This document shows, piece after piece, positions 58,695-64,000 of a stretch of DNA of 64,000 nt (the first letter of the stretch is position 1; each line of letters starts with the position of its first letter). The stretch spans positions 64,001 to 128,000 of the forward strand of contig JAUVXW010000006.1 of the NCBI GenBank assembly GCA_030603385.1, read 5' to 3'. The notes under the pieces were generated by a model. It made no database searches. It had not been told where the DNA came from and saw nothing but the letters and a program-made list of their open reading frames with translations. The translations under genes and the position numbers were made by a program. The DNA is from Promethearchaeota archaeon (lineage in GTDB: Archaea; Asgardarchaeota; Lokiarchaeia; Sigyniarchaeales; SOKP01).

Positions 58695-60671
58695 ATGGAT
58701 TTAACGAAAATCTATAAACGGGGTTTAGCTGTTTCATTTTTACTCCTTATCTTTATAATTGGCGTTCTATTCATTCCTAATGCAAATAATAAGCAAATTC
58801 TTGATGAAAATTCACCTTCATTGAGCGCACTTGAAGATAATTATGAACCAAATAATTATTTCAGTACTGCTTATGACCTTTCAAATCATGAAAATGAATG
58901 GCTAAGTACAATCGCTGGCAATGGTACACAGGGTGATGATGACTATTTTATGATTTGGGTAGATTATTGGAGCTTATATTTAAAGATAAATTTAACTTTT
59001 TTTCATAGTTTAGGCGATATTAATTTAGCATTATATGACAATGGATGGTCTATTGTTGACGAAAGTAATTCTACAACTGATAATGAATACATCGAAATTC
59101 CTAATCCAATAGATGGGACTTATTATTTCAGAGTTTCTGGTCTTAATTTGAACAACACTTATGATTTATTATGGCAAACAGATGATTTTTTCGAAGAAAA
59201 CAATGATTATTGGAGCTCTATGTGGGTCGATCCGAACTATTATTCTTATCTGAAGATTTTAGGTGGTGATGAGGATTGGTTTCGTACTTATTTAAACCCT
59301 GGTGACACAATCGATGTTAGTATTTACTTCGACCATATGGAAGGTGATTTACAGCTGGATCTTTATGATCCCTCTGAAGTACTACGTGAAAAATCTGATT
59401 CTGGGAATAATGACGAACTTATTTCGTTTACTGCAGATATGTCAGGGGATTGGCGATTTAGAGTATATAATGCGTCTGGAGTTTCTGTTGTACATTATGA
59501 CTTAGATTTATGGTTGACTACTGGAGGATCTGGAGATGAGGATGCATATGAAGAAAATGATTTTTATGGACAAGCCTATGACCTTAGTTACTATGAAGGA
59601 CGCTGGTTAAGTGGGATAAGCGGTTTTGGATCCCAATTCGACGAGGACTGGTATAAGATTAATGTAGAACCTAGTTTTGAGCATCTAATTGTTAATTTCA
59701 ACCAATTTGACGGTGATATTCAACTTGAGGTTTATGATACTAGTATTAATATTATTGGTGGGAGCTATCACAGAGAATATAATGAACCTATTAAGATTAC
59801 CCTCCCTTCGAGTGGGACTTACTACTTTAAAGTTTCCGGTTCTAATAAAGGTACTAATTATGATTTACAGTATGTAGCTTTTTGTCTCTTAGAGGAGCAA
59901 ACATGGTTGAGTGATGTTTATGGGATGGGAATTCAAGGAGACTTAGATTTTTATCTAATCGATGTATCACCTGGATTCCTTCAGTTAGAAATTAATTTAA
60001 CTTTCATCCATTCCTCAGGAGATATTAATATGGCACTGTACAATGAAATGGGTTCTGATATTATTAAAGCTGAATCATTGGATGATGATGAATATATCAA
60101 TGACAATCTTACTTATCCTGGTATGCACTTCCTTTTAATTTATGGAGATAACATGGGAAATGAATATAATCTTTGGTGGGATGATCATAAAACTGATCTA
60201 AGATCTGATGATAATTATGAAATAAATAATGACCCATCATCAGCTTATGACATTTCATATGCTCAGGAGATATCTTTGTGGGAAATTAATGGACTAGCAT
60301 TACAATTTGACGAAGATTGGTATGAAATCTATGTAGATGGCTCAAATTTAGAATTAATATTATGGCTAGCTTACGATTCTGCTGAAGGTTTAATGGGTTT
60401 TGAAGTTTATGATAACCATCTTATCAAAATTACCGGGAATTTTACCTTGACTGATAATGACTACATTGTACATGACGTGTCTAATGGGACTTACTATATT
60501 AGAGTTTATGGAGATAATTTAGGAAATGTGTATAATTTATGGTGGGGAACCCAAGAGCTTGAGGAAATTGGGATGATACCAGGTTATGATCTACTTATCT
60601 TAATTGCGTCAATCATAGGGGTTACAACGGTATGTATCAAATTAAAGAGGAGTAAATTAAAGCATAAATAA
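58695..60671 (+). CDS. Surface protein with repeated PPC-like Ca-binding modules and IPGY-type C-terminal anchor
   Basis: Signal peptide, repeats DxYExNN...AYDLS...DxDWY...GTYY.RV, and C-terminal IPGYDLLILIASIIG...KLKR. Confidence 0.8.
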   Translation: MDLTKIYKRGLAVSFLLLIFIIGVLFIPNANNKQILDENSPSLSALEDNYEPNNYFSTAYDLSNHENEWLSTIAGNGTQGDDDYFMIWVDYWSLYLKINLTFFHSLGDINLALYDNGWSIVDESNSTTDNEYIEIPNPIDGTYYFRVSGLNLNNTYDLLWQTDDFFEENNDYWSSMWVDPNYYSYLKILGGDEDWFRTYLNPGDTIDVSIYFDHMEGDLQLDLYDPSEVLREKSDSGNNDELISFTADMSGDWRFRVYNASGVSVVHYDLDLWLTTGGSGDEDAYEENDFYGQAYDLSYYEGRWLSGISGFGSQFDEDWYKINVEPSFEHLIVNFNQFDGDIQLEVYDTSINIIGGSYHREYNEPIKITLPSSGTYYFKVSGSNKGTNYDLQYVAFCLLEEQTWLSDVYGMGIQGDLDFYLIDVSPGFLQLEINLTFIHSSGDINMALYNEMGSDIIKAESLDDDEYINDNLTYPGMHFLLIYGDNMGNEYNLWWDDHKTDLRSDDNYEINNDPSSAYDISYAQEISLWEINGLALQFDEDWYEIYVDGSNLELILWLAYDSAEGLMGFEVYDNHLIKITGNFTLTDNDYIVHDVSNGTYYIRVYGDNLGNVYNLWWGTQELEEIGMIPGYDLLILIASIIGVTTVCIKLKRSKLKHK

Positions 60672-60754
60672 ATAATTTTTTACTTTTTTTTTCTTTTTCT
60701 ATACTTTATTTTAAAAATTTTATGTGAACAATTTTTTTTAAAAAAATAGTTAAA

Positions 60755-61083
60755 AAGACGCTTGAGATATATACCCGCCCTTCTGTTCTGTACCCGTCAC
60801 CAAGTAACAGTTGGAGCATCAAACTATGCGGCCTACCTAAAGCTCGCTCCAAGTACCTCATCACTTTCATTTGGCCTTGCACCAAGGTTTTAGCTCGTTC
60901 CAACCATTCCTTCCTACAATTTCTTTGGCTTATCCAAGTCATTAATATGCGTAGAAAGGCAGTGTCGTTTCAGTTGCTAAAATACGATTCTCACCGTAGT
61001 AGTTATCTACACCTTGCTTGGAGAGTGGGGCGAGGTTCCTCAGCAGGTTAAACCCACCGTCAGCTCCATATCTCACTCGTCTC
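60755..61083 (-). ncRNA. rnpB: Archaeal RNase P RNA
   Basis: GAGGAACCTCGCCC and AACAGAAGGGCGGGTAT form the P4 region. Terminal P1 pairing is GAGACG..TGAGATAT / ATATCTCA..CGTCTT. About 330 nt and GC-rich. Confidence 0.92.
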
Positions 61084-61137
61084 GTTTTTAAAGGTAAAAT
61101 AAGTATTTAAACTTTTGTCTCTTAATAGATTATTTGC

Positions 61138-61935
61138 TTATTTATTTTCAGCATTTAATTCATAGGAAATGATATCACAATATTTTTTAAAGCCTAATTT
61201 TCTGTATACTCTCTCACCTAAAGATGACGCTTGAAGTACTCCAACTTTATACCCCATTTTAAGAGCATCTATTAATGCAATTTTACTTATGGTAATACCA
61301 AATCCTCTATTTCTGTAATCCTGTAATGTAGATACTGCGTGAAGGCCTGCTACTCCCGAGGAAAGATATAATAGAAGAGATAAAACAGCTTTTCCTTTAA
61401 AATTACCTATATAGAATTTTACTTCAGGCTCTAAAAACAAGAATTTAATTAATTCAGAATCAATCTTTATGCCAAAGACTGATGAAACAACTGTAATCCA
61501 GTGTTTTAGAGATTCTTCGTTTTCAACAATTTCAACCACTAAATCCTTTTCATCTATTATCTTTTTCTTTAGATCTTTTAAATCAACTGCCATTCCGGCT
61601 TGTTGATAAACATTTAAAAAACCATTTTTCTCAAGAATCATTCCTAAATTATCAGGTTTAGTTAGTGGTCCTACAGTCCAGCCATTAGGCGCTTTACCTT
61701 CTTGGATTAATCTTTTTATATTGGTAATCTCATTTTCTGCATTTAAACTTTCAAAATCGGCTCTAAATATACACTTTGGCCAATCTACATCCCTAGTGTC
61801 GACCCAACTTATTTTATCCTCTAAGTGAGATATGAAATTAGGATGATAAGAAGATTTAGTATAAAAATCGTCAAGATTTTGCTCGATATAGAAATTTATT
61901 GTTTTTGAAGATATTTTATTAAGAATTTTACTCAT
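61138..61935 (-). CDS. GNAT N-acetyltransferase
   Basis: VSTLQDYRNRGFG and LQASSLGERVYRKLGF. Confidence 0.88.
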   Translation of the reverse strand: MSKILNKISSKTINFYIEQNLDDFYTKSSYHPNFISHLEDKISWVDTRDVDWPKCIFRADFESLNAENEITNIKRLIQEGKAPNGWTVGPLTKPDNLGMILEKNGFLNVYQQAGMAVDLKDLKKKIIDEKDLVVEIVENEESLKHWITVVSSVFGIKIDSELIKFLFLEPEVKFYIGNFKGKAVLSLLLYLSSGVAGLHAVSTLQDYRNRGFGITISKIALIDALKMGYKVGVLQASSLGERVYRKLGFKKYCDIISYELNAENK

Positions 61936-62077
61936 AGTTTTAACCCTACAAACAATACTACTATAAAATAATATTGTCTTCCAAATAATTTACTGCTAAT
62001 CATTCAAAATAATAAAAATAAATATAAAAAAAAGAATAGTTTTTTGGTTATTTTTGTATTTGTATTTGTATGTTAAA

Positions 62078-64000
62078 TTAGAACGTTAAGAGACCTGCTC
62101 CATTACCAAAAAGCATTAAGAATCCAAGAAAGATAGATGCTGTCAAAGACATTACAACTAATAAAGTATTTATACTTGGACCTGCAGTATCCTTAAATGG
62201 ATCTCCAACTGTATCTCCAGTAATTGAGGCTTTATGAACTTCAGTACCTTTTCCTCCGAGATTACCATCCTCAATCCACTTCTTCGCGTTATCAAATGAG
62301 CCACCACTGTTCGACATAAAAATAGCAAAGACGAAACCCGATAATATTGCACCAGTTAAGAATGCTGCTAATGCTGCTACACCAAATACAATTCCTACAG
62401 CAACCGGTATAGTTATTGAAATAATACTTGGTATTATCAATTCTCTTAATGATCCCTTCGTCGCTATGTCTATAGTTTTACCAAAATCAGCAGGTTCCTC
62501 ACCAGTTAATATTTTAGGGTTAGTTTCAAATTGTCTTCGAATTTCATCAACCATTTTAGCAGCATTTCTCTGTACTGCTAGGATTAATAATGCTGAGAAT
62601 AATGCAGGTATAACAACTCCTATAAAAGCACCTATTAATACATTTATATTAAGTAAATCTATAGCTTCTATAGTAAATGGTTTGATATCATTAGCTTCTG
62701 TAGTAAAGGAAAAGAGTAACGCAAAAACAGTCAAATTTGCTGCTCCTATTGCAAAACCCTTTGTGATTGCTTTAGCAGTATTTCCAGCAGAATCCAATCG
62801 ATCTGCTGTACGTATTATATCATCCCCAAGATCTCCTTGCTCTGCTATAGCTCTTGCATTATCTACAATAGGGCCATAAGCATCATTGGAAACGATAGTC
62901 CCTACAATTGCAAGCATTCCAACAGCAGCCATTGCAATTCCAAATACTCCTCCTAATAAATAAGCAAATACCATTGCAACTACAATTCCAATGGTAGGAG
63001 GGGCAACACTTAGTAATCCATAAGAAATCCCACTAAGAATTACAACAGCATGTCCTTCTTGTGCTGCTTCTGCTACTTTTCTAGTAGGTTTTTTGTCATC
63101 TCTAGTAAAGTAATCACTTGTAAGACCAAGGATAATACCCGCAAGAAGCCCAATAACGGCGCATATACATAGTTTCCAGAGCATGGTTGCTTCTTCTCCA
63201 GTTAATCCAATAACCATTACTAGAGTAAGCAAGGCAGCTAATCCCGCGAATAGTATTGTTGCTACATATGTCCCTGTGTTTAAGGCTTTGCCAGGTTCAT
63301 CAGATCCTTTCCATTTTATATACCAAATACCAAGAAGTGATGCCAATAAACCAACACCACATAAGACAATGGGAAAGATTGTATATACAAATCTCGCATA
63401 AGCGTCAAAATCCAAAACAAGATCTACAAACATAGGTAATGTTGCGGCTAACATCATAGCAGCTATAATTGAAGCAACATAGGAGTCAAAAAGATCACTT
63501 CCCATACCGGCAATGTCACCAACGTTGTCTCCAACATTATCAGCAATCGTCGCAGGATTTCTTGGATCATCTTCAGGAAGGTTATATTCTGCTTTTCCTA
63601 CTAAATCAGCGCCAACATCAGCAGTTTTTGTGAATATACCACCCCCACATTTCATAAATAAAGCTACACTGCTCGCACCAAAACTAAATCCTAATACTAT
63701 CATAGGATCTGGCACAATCCAATATAGAATTGAAACTCCGATTAGCGCTACACCTACTACGGCAAGACCCATAACAGCCCCTCCAAAGAAAGCTATGTCG
63801 AAACCTTTTTTAGTACTAACAGTACATCCTTGAGCTGCTCGAGTATTTGCCTTTACACCAACATACATTCCTAGCCAGCCTGCAAACATAGAACCGACAG
63901 CGCCAATTATATAAGCAAGCATTTGTTCCCAATTTAAAGCATCAGAAAACAATCTTGTATAGGTATCGCTATCATCTAGAGGAGATGGCAGAAATAACAT
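62078..64000 (-). CDS. hppA: Membrane-bound pyrophosphatase, K+-independent type; 5' end outside the window
   Basis: GGGIFTKTADVGADLVGK, EDDPRNPATIADNVGDNVGD and GDTVGDPFKD. GNTAKA carries the Lys typical of K+-independent enzymes. Confidence 0.95.
   Translation of the reverse strand: MLFLPSPLDDSDTYTRLFSDALNWEQMLAYIIGAVGSMFAGWLGMYVGVKANTRAAQGCTVSTKKGFDIAFFGGAVMGLAVVGVALIGVSILYWIVPDPMIVLGFSFGASSVALFMKCGGGIFTKTADVGADLVGKAEYNLPEDDPRNPATIADNVGDNVGDIAGMGSDLFDSYVASIIAAMMLAATLPMFVDLVLDFDAYARFVYTIFPIVLCGVGLLASLLGIWYIKWKGSDEPGKALNTGTYVATILFAGLAALLTLVMVIGLTGEEATMLWKLCICAVIGLLAGIILGLTSDYFTRDDKKPTRKVAEAAQEGHAVVILSGISYGLLSVAPPTIGIVVAMVFAYLLGGVFGIAMAAVGMLAIVGTIVSNDAYGPIVDNARAIAEQGDLGDDIIRTADRLDSAGNTAKAITKGFAIGAANLTVFALLFSFTTEANDIKPFTIEAIDLLNINVLIGAFIGVVIPALFSALLILAVQRNAAKMVDEIRRQFETNPKILTGEEPADFGKTIDIATKGSLRELIIPSIISITIPVAVGIVFGVAALAAFLTGAILSGFVFAIFMSNSGGSFDNAKKWIEDGNLGGKGTEVHKASITGDTVGDPFKDTAGPSINTLLVVMSLTASIFLGFLMLFGNGAGLLTF

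Noticed and set aside
60706-60942. 78-aa ORF
   Set aside because: It largely overlaps the RNase P RNA gene and is a shadow ORF.
210-63833. Numerous 60-137 aa ORFs antisense to or nested in longer genes (e.g. 210-452, 8436-8624, 19261-19650, 62466-62879)
   Set aside because: No recognisable motifs or RBS, and nearly all overlap well-supported genes or AT-rich promoter DNA.
1-64000. CRISPR arrays, tRNA/rRNA genes, transposases or integrases
   Set aside because: None recognised by eye. Short TTTGTA repeats near 62055 and the poly-A/T runs are consistent with terminator regions.

Overview
AT-rich archaeal chromosomal DNA, most consistent with an Asgard archaeon of the Lokiarchaeia type. Supporting signs are archaeal rpl10e and RNase P RNA, GGTGA ribosome-binding sites, small Rag-like and MglA-like GTPases, arrestin-like and PCI-like proteins, IPGY-type C-terminal sorting signals and a eukaryote-like SECIS element. 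The window holds about 55 CDSs, covering a selenoprotein hdrA-mvhD-frhB-like operon, a B12-dependent acyl-CoA mutase operon with meaB, chaperones (grpE, dnaK, dnaJ, htpX), a cluster of small-molecule modifying enzymes with duplication scars, a sugar/polyol utilisation island and hppA. The main finding is two small insertions in protein-coding genes that fold, by manual pairing, into archaeal bulge-helix-bulge (BHB) splice motifs. One is a 28-nt frame-disrupting intron (30206-30233) inside the DxHxxG cobalamin-binding motif of the mutase small subunit. The other is a 30-nt in-frame intron (3190-3219, minus strand) just after the first Sec codon of hdrA. Cutting at the BHB-predicted sites restores the family consensus in both cases (GLDGHDRG; CxUGxNI), which suggests tRNA-endonuclease-type mRNA splicing in this organism. 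Also notable are six in-frame UGA (Sec) codons apparently served by one SECIS that overlaps the mvhD stop codon, and several probable ATA start codons. No tRNA, rRNA, CRISPR array or intact mobile element was seen. All structures were inferred by hand and none has been computed or tested.
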